64,000 nt of DNA from Ostrea edulis (taxonomy: Eukaryota), in contig NC_079168.1 of the NCBI RefSeq assembly GCF_947568905.1, positions 31,248,001 through 31,312,000 on the forward strand. The letters are read 5' to 3'. Under the pieces are notes generated by a model. The model saw only the letters and a list, made by a program, of their open reading frames with translations, searched no databases and was not told the DNA's origin. Below are positions 41,641 to 56,004 of this stretch, in pieces; the stretch's first letter is position 1; the number at the start of each line of letters is the position of its first letter. The translations under genes and the position numbers were made by a program.

Positions 41641-43259
41641 AAGTTTTGAGATTCAGTAGAAGCTAATTAGATCCGATTTCAACAAAAACACACAATAGCA
41701 TTCCTAAACATCATATCAGTAAAGACCGTGGCTAAATACCTGCACATACACTGGTCAAACACAACCAATTCACAGACGGAGCGAGGGCGTCGAACCACCG
41801 CATGCAGAAGTTCCTCGTACGCGCCATTTTGAATATCATAAACATATTGAATGGTTTTGCTGAGTCGATCGATACGCACGTAGGATAATGGTTGGCTACT
41901 AAACAGCGTGTAGAACTGATGCCGCTAAACAAGATCATGTGGCAGCGAGTTGTTTAAATTTAATTTACGGAACAGAACCTGCACGTGTATATAGATACTC
42001 TACAGGATATATATGATTTTACAAATGACCATGTAAAACTGCTTGTAGGTGCGCGTGCATCATCTTCAAATATTTTGCTCAATTGTCAAATGGACGGTGC
42101 AGTTGGCGGGGTACTTATTAACAAGGAATTATTTTATTACAGAAAATGCTACTGCATATTGAAGATAGTGCACAGTTATAAAACTTGAATTCTAGAAATT
42201 AAGTATTAAAATTGAGGACGTATATGTACATAATTATATTGTATGACCATAGATAAAATTTACAAGTACAACCGTTCAAGATTGAACTGAATTTGACATG
42301 CATAAAGTGTTGACGTGTGCAAAATGTGAGAATTAATGAAATTAAAATGTTATGAGTAAAAATATTTCACGTGTTTTTTACTTATGTATACATAAATATT
42401 GACATTTCCAGTGGTTTCACCTTCGATATCTCTACCATTTGAAATGATAGCCATTTCCTCCTGAATGTGAACAATGTGCGTATAAATCTCGATAAATATA
42501 GCGCGGCTATTTTAACGGTTGGGAATATTCCCACATAAATGAAAGTAAAAATTTAAACATAAAAAAAGAAATAAACTTCATTTTTGAAAATATATGAGGA
42601 GATGAACAGCAGGGCTTCACGCAAGTACACTTTTCATAAAGCGCTAACAATTCACATTCGTATGTTGGCATAAGGCCTCGCAGTTCACGCCCTCGTGTAT
42701 TTTCAACAAAAATATATATTAAATATATCTACATTTTTGTTTTTGAGTAATAAATCTAAGCTGTTTCAATAAATTTTAATTCTCGCTTAAAAGAACTACC
42801 CCTTCTACTTGACATCCAAACTTCGATATTACAAAATATAAGGAATAAATGAAGGGTATATAAAGGGATGAGAAAACAGTGCAGATTTGGCTGATAATAT
42901 ACATTTTGTGTAAATATAGAATTTAGGTCCCAAGCTTCAAGTGTTTCTATTCGAGCTAATAATACTGACAACCTAGGAATTTATTTTTATTTATTGAATA
43001 TCACCATTAGGAATATTAACAATCATTGCTTCTTCGACATGTGGTAGAGTACCGTTTATCAGGAATTTTACGTGTGTCAAATGTCGGCTTTATTTGCGCG
43101 CATCCCGTGGTTCGGTACAATGATAAACGGAAATTTCCCAAAAGAAGGCAAAACATACTGATGTCTACTACCCCTCCTGGGCAATAGGCCGCCGATAAGA
43201 GAATTAAGAGTATAAAATGACTGCCCTACAAGCCTATTACGTATATAATTTACAGCATT

Positions 43260-43525
43260 CCCGTGGGAATCCGGATTAGAATAGGTCCTCAGTACCCCTT
43301 GCTTGTCGCAAGAGGCAACTAAATGGGGCGGTCCTTCGGATGAGACCGCAAAAATCGAGTCCCCGTGTCGCAGCAGGTGTGGCACGATAAAGATCCCTCT
43401 CTGCTCAATGGCCGTAAGCGCAGAGCATATGTCTTAATTTGCAACCCTTCACAGGCAATGATGACGTCTACATATGGGTGACATATCCTCGAGAGGGATG
43501 TTAAACAATATTCAATAAATCATAA
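43260..43525 (+). mobile_element. SINE-like repeat, same family
   Basis: cccgtgggaatccggattagaataggtcc...aaacaatattcaata. Confidence 0.8.
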
Positions 43526-45089
43526 TTTACAGCAGTTACACCATTTGTGAATAAATAGTACACATACACGGTACTGATGCCAAACCAACAGTAACAAACA
43601 ATATGTCTCCGACACTCTGTGTTCGGAGACATAATAACAGATCTTTACACGAGAAAATCTATGAGAGCCCTTTAGATAAAAGAAAACATTTCAAAGAATT
43701 AAAAAAAAAAAATCATAATTCTAGCTACAGTGCTATCGAATAGTTAAAGACTCTGCTCTAATCGAATTTGGATGTGTTTCTTACATGTATTGACGTGTAC
43801 GAGGGAAGAGAAATGTTTGTCATATGCTGATTGGAACGGATATTCTTATACTCTGTGTAATGAATTTATTCTTTGTTATTGATAAATGCACAGAGCGGTA
43901 ATTAGTAGCATTCAATATTGTCTTTGATCCTGGACCCTTCCTGAATTAACATCAATACCAAAAGAGCGGAATTCTTAAGCACGCAAATCGAGACATCGTA
44001 CAATGTGTAGTAAGCAGATCAATGTCATTATGAAGCTTGATTCTGTCTCTCCAGTGTCCGCCAGTTAACGCTAAACATCACCGGTAATCACGGCGATATA
44101 TGTAATCTTCTACATATTATCTCCGAGTAATGCAAATGGCTGTGTAATTATGTCGCCGACTTTATTTCGTAGCCAATAAAAAATACATCATCTTCCCATA
44201 ATCCGTATACCACATACCTGTACTACTGATGAGAAAATCAGAAGTATTTTATACATACTGATTACACGAACCTTTTAATTGTAAAATATTGATGCTCTTC
44301 TGCACGTAGGTATAATACACAAATATGCTAAGGTTATGCAAAAGGTCCGTGGACAAGTTAAATTGCTGACGATAGCAATTTTCTTGTAAAAATGGTAATT
44401 TGGATGAGAAAATTCACTAACTCGATTTCTGGTGTATTCCCAAACATACAGTACAATATAGCTCTCGCAGAGTTGTTGTTTAGTGACAAAATAAAGCAAA
44501 AGGCCATGTAAAGTAAATGAATAACCTGGAGACATAAAGTCACCTTATATTGACCGACCGACTTTTCTACGTGTGACTCGTGTATCTGACAGGTCTGAAA
44601 GGGAACACCTGACTTTTGTCTTGGAATTCTGGAATTTTCTGTCCAACACAGATCCCGCATGAACAAGGCAATGCACACGTTTGATTTAATCTACTTTGCA
44701 CTTTGGATCGATCATAATCATTAATTAAACGCCTTAATTTCGGTAGGTTCACATGTAACTTTTCTTCCAATGAATATCGGAAATATTTGAATCTCTCAGA
44801 CGTTTGCTACATGTATATGACGTAATATAGGCGACGATTGTATGCAACAACACGTCAATTGAAGAAAGATATGTTAACGGTTGGGAGTAATTACCTCTTT
44901 TGAAAGTTTTATCGAATTAAAGAAAAAAGTACTGAAAAATGTGTACAACACGCTTCTTTTAGAATACATACCTTTTCATGAAGAAATACACATACAATGT
45001 ACATGTATTTCTTCACAGACGCACAAAATCACTTTCAGTTGATTTCCCAGGCAAATAGCTGCATTGCTTTTCAAATTGTCGTCGGAGAA

Positions 45090-45580
45090 TTATTCTACTT
45101 TACAACAAACGGGGTACAGTTAGCTTCTCCATCTTCAACTTCCACTAAATTGTGTAGAAATATTTCATTATCAGCTGTATATGGTGTTTATGTCTCTCAA
45201 CTGATTCGATACGCAAGAGCTTGTTCTGCGCATGATCAGTTTTTGAATGGAGACAAGCAAAGAAGTCAGCATTTCGCAAAACCTATGGTCGTCATTACGA
45301 TCTAATGTACAAATACGACCTGTAAATAGGTCAAATGGAATCTGAACTGTTTCATAGGTCAATTGCTAAGCCATTCTTCACATACTAATTTTGAATACGC
45401 ATTACTCCGTTTATCTGATCAAGATATATGGCTCACGGCGGATGTGACCGGTCAACAGGGAATGCTTTCTTCTCCTAGGCACCTGGTCCCACCTCTCGTA
45501 TGTCCAGGGGTCCATGTTTGCCGAACTCTCTATTTTGTATTCCTTATAGGATATATCATATTGATCACTGTTCGTTATAT
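45090..45580 (+). mobile_element. Penelope-like 3' fragment (RT C-terminus plus terminus)
   Basis: LSAVYGVYVSQLIRYARACSAHDQFLN matches the C-terminus of the 62-kb element; followed by terminus ggtcaacaggg...cctaggcacctg... Confidence 0.8.
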
Positions 45581-45659
45581 AGGATTGATTGATTGTATAT
45601 TGTTTAACGTACCTCTCGAGAATATTTCACTCATATGGAGACGTCACCACTGCCGGGAA

Positions 45660-46652
45660 ATAAGAGATTGACCACTGTTCGTTAGATAGGAGTTATGAGA
45701 TTGATCACTGTTCGTTATTTTCGCCTTTCCTGAGGTATGGGATAGATTACTGTGCGTTATATAGGAATTGTGAGATTGACCACTGTTTCTTATCTTCACC
45801 TTTCCTTATAGGAGTTATGAGATTGATCACTGTTCATTATATAGGAGTTATGAGATTGATCACTGTTCGTTATTTTCGCCTTTTCTGAGTTATGGGATAG
45901 ATTACTGTGCATTATATAGGAATTGTGAGATTGATCAATGTTCGTTATATAGGAGTTGTGAGATTGATCACTGTTCGTTATTTTCGCCTTTCCTGAGTTA
46001 TGGGATAGATTACTGTGCGTTATATAGGAATTGTGAGATTGACCACTGTTTCTTATCTTCACCTTTCCTTATAGGAGTTATGAGATTGATCACTGTTCAT
46101 TATATAGGAGTTATGAGATTGATCACTGTTCATTATATAGGAGTTGTTAGATTGATCACTGTTTGAGATATAGGAGTTATGAGATTGATCACTGTTCATT
46201 ATATAGGAGTTATGAGATTGATCACTGTTTGAGATATAGGAGTTGTGAGATTGATCACTGTTTGAGATATAGTAGTTGTGAGATTGATCACTGTTTGAGA
46301 TATAGTAGTTGTGATATTGATCACTGTTTGATATATAGGAGTTGTGAGATTGATCACTGTTTGAGATAAAGGAGTTGTGAGATTGATCACTGTTTGAGAT
46401 AAAGGAGTTGTGAGATTGATCACTGTTTGAGATATAGGAGTTGTTAGATTGATCACTGTTTGAGATATAGTAGTTGTGGGATTGATCACTGTTCATTATA
46501 TAGGAGTTGTGAGATTGATCACTGTTTGAGATTGAGGAATTGTGAGATTGATCACTGTTTGAGATATAGGACTTATGAGATTGATCACTGTTTGAGATAA
46601 AGGAGTTATGAGATTGATCACTGTTTGAGATATATGAGGTATGAGATTGGTC
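45660..46652 (+). repeat. Minisatellite derived from the last ~35 bp of the Penelope-like terminus (33-bp unit, with ~140-bp higher-order units at 45680-46070)
   Basis: Unit ataggagttatgagattgatcactgtttgagat corresponds to the element's 3'-terminal sequence. ORFs 46059-46496 and similar are artefacts of it. Confidence 0.9.
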
Positions 46653-49631
46653 ACTGCTATTTAGTATTTGAAAATAGTACAGTCTATATCTGTTTCAATA
46701 TTTTGATTTACCAAACAATGTGGACTGTCTATCCAAATTAATTAGATATCAAATTGATTTAAAAACTATTCGTTGGTACTGTGCCACAATTCTTTCACAT
46801 GTCAGTTTTCTACAAATCGGTGATCAATTGTTCGTATTTCCTTTCTGCAGAAAACACAGGACAGTGGATTAATTACTTTTGATTTTATATATTAAAAAAA
46901 GTAATTTGTTTGTATGAATCTATGCAGTAATTAGAATTTTATCCATTGAAGTTTGGTTTCTTGTGGAGTTTTAAAAGATAGTTTATATAATATACACCAA
47001 TTCATATACGGAAAAGAGCCCCCCCCCCCCCTTTTCATTCCATTTTAATAATTTAAAAAAAAAAAAACGGTCTTTTTTCGACACATGACGGGGGATTGAT
47101 TGCTGTTGATTTGAAAAAAGTAATTTTGTTGGTATAATTTGTTCACAAAGAATTCATCTATTAGAAGAGTTGTTAATTTTGGCAATTCTGGTCCAATTAA
47201 GGAAACCTTTTCCCAAAAATCATTGCGTAAAGTTTTACACAAACCCAGACTGATAGCCAAACCCTTCTTCACAGAGCAGTAATATCTGTATCACATGATT
47301 TGACCCGCTTTGATTCATCATTTTAATTCTCCATATTCATGCTTGTGAATTATGCTGGGGTTCAATAACACTGTGGACCTTACTTCCTCATCAGAGAAAT
47401 ATACTTCCTTTTTCCAATAACTTCATAAAGTGTGCTTATTTCTGGATTTGGTAAGACAAGTATGAGGTGAATAATGTTAAGCATTATCAGGGTTTACTAT
47501 ACACTTTAATCTACCTATTGGGGTTAATTTACGTAGTCTTCAGTAGCTAAACAATCTTTGAAATGTAAAGTTGAAGTGAATCATTTTGTGAAGATTCAAT
47601 GAGAATTTATTTCATTAATTCAAAATTTTGTGAGGTAACTACCATGGGAAGAAATTAGTCAAACGGTTTCCGGTTGTTTTAGGTATGTGGTAACAGTGGT
47701 ATGGGTATTAACATAATTATGTACATGTAATACTGGTTATCTCTATGACATGTCAAGCGTTGCAATATTTGTTTTTATAATTTTTGTTATATATTTACAA
47801 TTTGTATTACATATAATTTTCCATTTGTATTCTATTTTTTCTATTTATATTGTATAATTTTTCACTTGTATTGTATATCTCCATTTTCATTATAACGGTT
47901 TTAATTTGTATTTTGTAATCTTTCATTTGTATTGTATTCAAAGGATACTTTATTTTGAATTTGTTATTAAGGATTTCATTGGTCAAGTTTCAACCCGCAT
48001 CGTGTCTTCGTTACTGTTTGTGTTGGACTAACACATTTTCCAATTTGTTCTCAAACACTTTCACTCTAATTTGTTTATCAATTTCCGTGTCCTTTGTTCA
48101 CCCTCTGTTTTCAGTCAGATCATATAGCGCTTCAGTTGACGCACTGCAGAATTTCTAGATTCAGTACAGTTCATTGCAATGTTTGACCAACATATTTTCC
48201 AAGATTTTTCTCTAAGACTTTCATTGAAATTTTCCATCAATTTCATCGTTAGTCCTCAATGTTTTTGATCAGATTGTATGATATTGTAAAAATAATCCAA
48301 GCCTTTGTTTCGGTTGACACATTGCTAAATTTCCCGATTCCTTTGCGGGTTGATCCAATGATCAATGCATCCGGATGCAGCATTCTTCTAAGATATTAGA
48401 AATGTTGAACTTTTAGATCTTGTCCAGCTACCTGGTCTTCTCATCTCATGTCATCTCGCCCTCTATTTTCTTAATCTTATCTCTTTTTTTTTTTTTCAAG
48501 GATGCTGCTATCTCTTGTACACGTGATAGCAGGAACATAAATAACTGTTCTTTATGCCTCGATGATGTTAGATTTATGACATCAGTTTGATATCATCAAC
48601 AAAATTCAAATCATCCAGATGTTTCAATATATCACACTGCGATCCGCTGTTTCCATGGTTAGTACCGGTAATCTACATAATGTAGTTCACGAAACAGTCA
48701 ATCAAAATGTGAAGAAGGGATAGGTGATCCTGTGCGTTTGTTTTACTCCAGATGTAATTTTTAGTTTTTAGTTTTAACCCCTCTGATTTCTTTCCAACAA
48801 GTTGTATATATGTCTCTCAGAATGTTGAAGGTCTTACCAAATCTTTGAATGATATTCAAGAAAGAGTGTTTACATAAGTGTCAATTTTAAATGTTTTTTC
48901 AACAAAGTTAAAATAGTAGCATAAGATAGAATCCCATTCCCGAATCTGTTCAATTTCGTAAGTTTGCGAACTAAAAAATTATTGAATCTTGTACAATGCT
49001 ATATTCAGCCACTCTGATATTACTACGCAGAGGAACTTCCCCAGAACTGATACCCTGTCAAGTGTTGCAGTCGGTATGATTTTCTTTTGGAAAACTTTAT
49101 ATGTGATGCTTTTGTTTCCTTCATTATAGCTAGTGTGTAGCTACTGTACTTAATGTGTTGATAAGTGTACGGGGTATTGATCTTTTCCCTTCGTCATCTA
49201 ACCAAGGAGACTTAAAATTATTGAATAATACACTGTAAGTGTAAACTAAAAATCCCAAGGTTGTCCACCAGAAAGCTATACTACATTACAATTTAAATTG
49301 TATTAGATAACAATGCAAAATATTTTTACTTTACCGTGTAACGTAAATCATAGAAAATATATGATGTCACAATCAAATGACGTCGCAACAGTGTGAAACA
49401 GAAAAATCTCACATGGCTGTCTCACATGGATAAAGTCGATCTCACACTGGTGATGATGTGAGAAAGAAAAATCTCACATGGCTGTCTCACATGGGTAAAG
49501 TCGATCTCACACTGGTGATAATGTAAAACAGAAAAATCTTACAATTTGACTCCACTTTTTTGGCACGCTGTTTTCCCCTATAATAGCTCTAAAACTTCAT
49601 TGTTATTTCGGATTACAAACATTTCGGTTGA

Positions 49632-49675
49632 GCATCACTGAAGAGACATTATTTGTCGAAATGCGCATCTGGTGC
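49632..49675 (+). ncRNA. Minimal type I hammerhead ribozyme (copy 1, intact core)
   Basis: Helix I GCATCA/TGGTGC; core CTGAAGA; helix II GACA-ttatt-TGTC; GAAA; 2-bp helix III closing GCGC inside palindrome ATGCGCAT; AUC triplet, predicted cleavage after 49669. Confidence 0.85.
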
Positions 49676-49981
49676 ATCAAAATTGGTACCGTATAAGTTT
49701 TACATTATGACCCCTGGGTCGAGGCCTCTGCTGGTGGACTGTTAGTCCCCGAGGGTCTCTACAGCCCAGTAGCTAAGTACTTCGTTACTAGCTTGAAAAT
49801 ACGGAGGTATATTTAATTGCTGTTATACAATTTAGAAATTCATTTCAAAATTAAGGATTATCTCCCTCACGCATAGCTCTTATCCTTAGACGAATTTGAC
49901 TCCACTTTTTTGGCACACTGTTTTCCCTTATAATAGTTCTAAAACTTCATTGTTATTTTGGATTTCAAACATTTCGGTTGG

Positions 49982-50025
49982 GCATCACTGAAGATACATT
50001 ATTTGTCGAAATGCGCATCTGGTGC
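49982..50025 (+). ncRNA. Minimal type I hammerhead ribozyme (copy 2, G10.1->T at 49995)
   Basis: Same motif as copy 1 except CTGAAGA-T-ACA, which breaks the conserved G10.1-C11.1 pair. Predicted cleavage after 50019. Confidence 0.75.
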
Positions 50026-50779
50026 ATCAAAATTGGTACCGTATAAATTTTACATGGGTAAAGTCAATCTCACACTGGTGATAATGTGAGAGAAGACGTT
50101 TATTTGGCAGTGTCTTCTTATCTCATACGGTGATCCCTTTGCTATTAAAAAATCTTACTGAAAAGTTCTTTCCGTCTTAACACAAGTGTTTCCCGCTTTC
50201 TTCCCCCTTAATGATAAAACTAGATTCTTTTGTGATGTTTTAAAACATCTTCATGAAAAGGTGATCAAACTCATAACTCCCACAAGTAATATACACTGAT
50301 TTTGACTACGGAATACTCCGATTACCTGGTCAAGAAATAGAACTCATGGCGAGTGTGACCAGTGGACATGGGATGCTTACTCCTCCTAGGCACCTGATCC
50401 CACCTCTGGTGTGTCCAGGGATCCGTGTTTGCCCTGTTCTTAAGTATTCCTTATAGGAGTTATGGGATGAGCCACATCCAATTATCACATAATTCAGTCT
50501 GTTCTGGTGTAGAAAAATCCAAAGTATGGATTAGCTTTGGCTTCTTAAAAAAAAGTACTCAAAACTCTCAATGGAGGAGAGTAAAGTTTTATGCGAATAT
50601 GATGTGGACCTGATTGTCTTTTGAGGTAAGGTTAAAGGGAATCATGTGAGACATCGTGTATGTTTGGTATTTTATATGAACGATGTCCATGACTATATTT
50701 ACGTCGTTTGAGAAAATTCAGCCTCGTGAGGATATACAAGGTCAGCTAGTAAAGGAAAATATTTCTTACCCATGGAAAT

Positions 50780-51400
50780 TCCAATTGAAAGACCTGATCT
50801 CCAATATTGTCAATGGCGAACTCTGGCATTTTTATGCCAATTTCATAATATACTTGAATGTAGAATCAGAGTGAAGTTTTTGGATGACTGATCACAAGAT
50901 ATGAATATTTATGAGTCTCATTCTTATTCGGAAAGCAGCTATATTTATTCACGATGTCAAAGAGCCTTCTTTAATTCATTGTGAGGAATGATGGTGTAAA
51001 ATGTTTAAAGAAAAGTTATACGTTTTGATGTTGTTGATTTTGGATAAATATTGTGATTTAGATTTTTTCGTGATTTTTTTCCTGAATTTTTGAAAATCCA
51101 CTGACATATCTCGATTATTATTTTCGTAAGGGGTAAATATAGGGGTTTGGTAGAACATTTACTGAATCCTTCAACGACAACTCTAATGCGTTCTGGGATA
51201 TTATATCTGTGCAAAACTGAAAAGTGATTTTAAAGAATTTGGTCTTTTGAAAGGGAAATTTGAGTATAAATTGGATCACCAAATAAGGAATTAAAGCAAT
51301 TTTCTTCTAAAATACTATTGTAATAATGAACCTTACGAAGAAAATGCTGTTAGAAGCTTTGTCACCGGAACAGGAACATATTCATTACGTTTTTATGACA
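50780..51400 (-). pseudogene. Decayed Penelope-like RT fragment
   Basis: Colinear with 62598-63330 (gaaagacctgatc..., KINNIKTYNFS, cagtaaatgttctaccaaacccc); many stops and indels. Confidence 0.7.
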
Positions 51401-51974
51401 AAGAATGTCGCTTAAGTTAGCGGCATCGATTCCTTGGTCCGTAAATATATGTTTACGGAAATGACGGCATCATTCAGGAGGATTATCATCCGGAAACAAT
51501 GTTGGTTTTAAGAGCCTGTGATGGACAACATCAATGATAATATCAGATTTCGGTCTGAAGGCTGGTGTTGAAAAGTTCAAGATTGGAACTGTTCTTCAAT
51601 AAACCCATTCAAAAGTTTAAAAGAAACAATTCAAAGGAATGATTTTTTATTTTTGGTGTATGACTTACCACTTTTGTATTCAAACTGGTTTTACATGCCT
51701 TCTAAATGATAAAGCTGGGAGTTAGAACATTTCCCTGCAGTTCGTTATTTTTCACCAAAACAAAAAAGTAAATGATTGTTTGGTTTGGTTTGATACTGTT
51801 AAGCGTTCCTTTCAAGAATGTTTCACTCATATGGAGAAAGGCGAAGATAACGAACAGTGATCATTCTCATAAATCCCATAAACAATACAAAATAGATAGT
51901 TGGGTAAACACGGACCCCTGGAGACATCAGAGGCAGGATCAGGTGTCTAGGAGGAGTAAGCATCTCATGTCGAC

Positions 51975-53555
51975 CGGCAAACTAACTCAGCTTTATGACA
52001 AATGCTGTCTGACGTGTTTCATACCGATTGTTAGACCGTTCTTGGCACACTGGTTTTGACTACAGGTGACTCCGTTTACCTGATCAAGATATAGGGCTCA
52101 CGACACCTGATCCCACCTCTGGTGTGCCCAGGGGTCCGTGTTTGCCCAACTCTCTATTTTGTATTGCTTATAGGAGTTATGAGATTGATCACTGTTCGTT
52201 ATGTTCACCTTTCCTTATAGGAGTGATGAAATTGATCACTGTTCTTTATCTCCACCCTTTCATAGTGCTTTACAATTATTTTTCATGTATCTATTGCATC
52301 CAAACTTTTTGATTACCTATATAATAGAATACAATATCTTTCTATATGTTTGAATATTTCTTTCAATCCAACTGTCATTACTAAAGTTACTAATTTCAAA
52401 AGGTTCACAATTCAGAGAGTCCCGATTTTTCAATTGGTGACCGAACTTTATTATGAAATCGGTCGATGATTATGCCAGACAGTGGGCTACATATGAAAAG
52501 AAAGAACTTGATATCTTGTCAGAATGAATAAAAAGGATTAATGGAAGAGAAAATATCGTATTAGACGCATTAAAACAAAAATGAATACCATATATCCTTT
52601 TGTGATCATTGAACCAGAAGTAATGAAAGAAACAGGTTACACGAGGAATATGTACTGGTTCTGGCTGATAAAGCTTGTAACAACATCGTCTTTGTTTGTA
52701 AGACTTATTATTACAACGGCATTATAAAAAAGCTGACTTTAATTCCACATTTGGTAATCCAACGTATACTAAATTTCTTTCCAAACGACGAAAATCTTCA
52801 AAACCTACGCTTCAGTTTTAAACACATTTAATATCTCAGTCAATGGAGGCAAATTAATGATTATCGGATTAACGGAGATCCTCATTGTTGATATCTAAGT
52901 GCTGTCTGTTGAAATTCTTTTGGCCACGAATTGATGACCTGTTTTTGTGTTCTTATGAAACCGAATTTATTCAAAAGCTTGTACATCAGAAGAAAAAAAT
53001 CTGTTGCCCTTTAAATACAGAGACAACATTTATCATTAATACTTAGTTTCATTCATACATGTGAGTCAAATCACAATCTTCCATAACTACTTCATACTTA
53101 AATATTTTATTGAATATAGACGTTAATGGCAAACTGACAACTCAACCTCAAGACTTCAGCTTCTCCATCGTCAACTTTCCATAGTCATGTAGTACTATTC
53201 CATTATCACCTGCATATGGTGTTTATGTCTCTCTACAGATTTTATACAAGGGCTTGTTCTACGTATGATACATTTTAAAACCGAGACATGCTACTGACAA
53301 GTTGATATCACAGGGATTTCCACAGTTTCGTTTATAGTCAGGATATCGAAATTTGAAGTTCGCTGTAATGATATCATTTACAATACACAATTTGTGATTA
53401 GACTGATTGCTGTCTGCCGTTCTTTACGTACCGATTTTGACTGCAGTTTACTTCGTGTACCTGATCAAGATTTAGGGCCCATGGCGGATGTGACCATCAA
53501 CAGGAGATGCTTGCTTCTCCTAGACAGCTGATCCCATCTGTGGTGTTTACCGGTC
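51975..53555 (+). mobile_element. Degenerate, internally deleted Penelope-like element preceded by a terminal repeat
   Basis: Terminal repeat at 51990-52262, then decayed linker (DDYARQWATYEKKELDILSE) and RT pieces (DLFLCSYETEFIQKL; LNIDVNGKLTTQ; PLSPAYGVYVS) homologous to 61.9-63.7 kb, ending in a second terminus at ~53420-53550. Confidence 0.75.
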
Positions 53556-56004
53556 ACTGTTTATTATTTTCAATTTTTCATCAATGAAAGACAAACTGAC
53601 TAAAAGAAAGAAAGGGACATATCGATCAAAAGCCCTGGGAGCAATCCGTTCCCTTGAATTATTTTGATAGTACAATTAATATATTATATGGTCAGGTTCG
53701 CCGCTGACCCTGCGCTACGATAGTCCTCAACAAAAATAATGAATAGTCTTTAATGATGTTCACTTGGATGCTTACTCCTCCTAGACACCTGATCTCACCT
53801 CTGGTGTGTCCAGGGGTCCGTGTTTGCCCGACTATCTATTTTGTATTGCTTATTGGAGTTATGAGATTGATCACTGTTCTTATCTTCACCTTTCATGTAC
53901 AAGTATACTCAGTTTGTACCAAGTTGTGATGAAATTAACACAATGGAGCTTCCAAGGGAAATGTAAATATACATGCATCATCTTAAGAAGCTCTAACCGT
54001 AACTTTGACAAGATTTAAACTTTATTTCACAAAGATATAAATTTCATTTTAAAAAAGGAAATTAAAGTTACATATGCGATATGAAATAGAATACTGGCAT
54101 TTTTTTTTAAAAGTTGAAACCCCGACCAAATATTTTTTTCAGTTTAATGAATTATGTAAAAAGGTAATTTCTGACAAATTCGACAAATTGTTAATCGGTA
54201 TTAACGAAGTATTGGTCTTTTCTGTGCAAGGGGGAAACGGCGATTTTTTCATGCATATTTATGAAGAATTAACGTCGATGATGGATTTGCGCATGTTGGT
54301 GGGCAAAAGATTCAGAGAGTGAAGGAAGTTCATAGTTCAACACGAAATTTAGCTGTCCTTTCACGCGATTCCTTCGTTTAAAAGTGGTTGCCATTAAAGA
54401 CCACCTCCCTATTCGTTGCCTGTCTCATTGTCTTTTTCTTTCTTTCATTACATAACACATTATAAGCCTCCAACAGCAGATTGCCGATTCTTTCGCATTC
54501 CCATATTTGTTCACTTTTTTAAATTCAGCTTTCGATGTCCAATGATCATGGGCATTTTTACTATCTGATCAGAGGATTGAATAAATGGCGAATTTCTCAA
54601 TCCAATAAAGTGAAACTGTATAATTTGTAGAAAGCGTATAACGTAATTCTATTAATAAGGCATGTAAAGCTTAAACTTGCCTTCCTCGTACTTGCTTATC
54701 AAAATTGTGTTTAGATAGAACAATAGATGTTTATGATACACGGGATTGAAAAGAACAAAGAATTGAAATCATCTAAGATTTTTTTTTCTTACCACTACAA
54801 AAATCAGGGACCGACAGAGAAATATTTGTGACAGTTTCTGATGAGCCATTCTGGGAAAAAGTTCCGAATTATTGCGTCAAAATCAGAGACCTTTAATTGA
54901 ATTATCTGTGCTTTGGAATAGTTCATTCTGTTTAATACATAGCTATTAGGAGAATGATAGTAACGGTGCTTATGACGCCATTGAAGGAAGTTGACATTAT
55001 GTGACATTTGATGAAAGATCTAATCGTCCTTTTTAAGCTTTTGTCTAGAACCAGCAAGCCCAAAAATAATGTTACACTTTAATGAATGGTTACATAAACT
55101 CAGGTATCGCAATAGATACATATAAAAATAATCTATCTAGTTTTTTATAAAAATATAGTTTGACTGTCTTTAACAGGGACTTAAGATAACAAATACCAAA
55201 AAAATTAAATACTACCTGTAATCACCTAAAAGCTTTTAACTCTTTAATAATTTAAGTGTGATATCGCTTTAAAACGATTGTAAAAATAGTCGTTCTTTTC
55301 TTGGAAAGTTCCTAAAGCAGAACCTTAAATTCTTTCACTTTTAAACCGTCATGTCTGAACAGTTATTATCATTGGCAAAATATGTAAGATGTAAAAGAAA
55401 GATTGAATAACTAGGCAAATAATCAAATAAACCATTTTCACTGTTTTCCGATTTTGACAAAATCAACAAATTTACGTTCGTGTTTGAAAACTAATATGCC
55501 CCTCAAAAGCCACCTGACATAGTTAGCTGACATGCAGGATTCCCAATGCAGCACCACGGTAAAAACCCTTTTAAGTCAAATATTTTCGGCATGCCTAAAC
55601 GTTGAAAGAAAAGACATTAATGGTCATTTAACGTCTCCCAAGTGGTCTTAAATCCTCGCCAAGATTTCCGATAAGTAAATTAAATGTGCTAATGTATTAT
55701 TTTTGAATGACTGCACGATTTATTTAGCCCCCTTTCCTCACTTTCACATGTAGTGATCATTTTACTCTCTTTGAACTAATGAGTGCATTTTCCGCTTTAA
55801 GTCTAACATGTTGATGGTGTTATCTTTAGGACGAAAGCTACATGTACATATGCACGCAGGGATCCAGACATTTTCCCAAGGAAAGTGAATTCCACTCCAT
55901 GCAATTTTTTCCAGGGGTCAACCTTTACTAGGAACTAACACTTAGTATTTTACAACTGAAAGTGCATAAAACAGGCAAATATTTTTTCCCCCTACAAATT
56001 TCAA

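Larger units (their letters stand above)
49542..50052 (+). mobile_element. Retrozyme-like / Penelope-LTR-like insert, ~1.5 copies of a 350-bp monomer carrying hammerheads
   Basis: Direct repeat of ~160 bp (aatttgactccac...ataa(g/a)ttttac) at 49542-49702 and 49893-50052 with unique spacer. Inserted into a local ~79-bp tandem repeat (ctcacatgg...aaagtcgatctcacactggtga). No ORF, no clear TSD. Confidence 0.75.

Noticed and set aside
48170-48230. GKYVGQT on minus as a GIY-YIG endonuclease remnant
   Set aside because: Immediately followed by a stop, with no upstream GIY or downstream R/H/E motifs.
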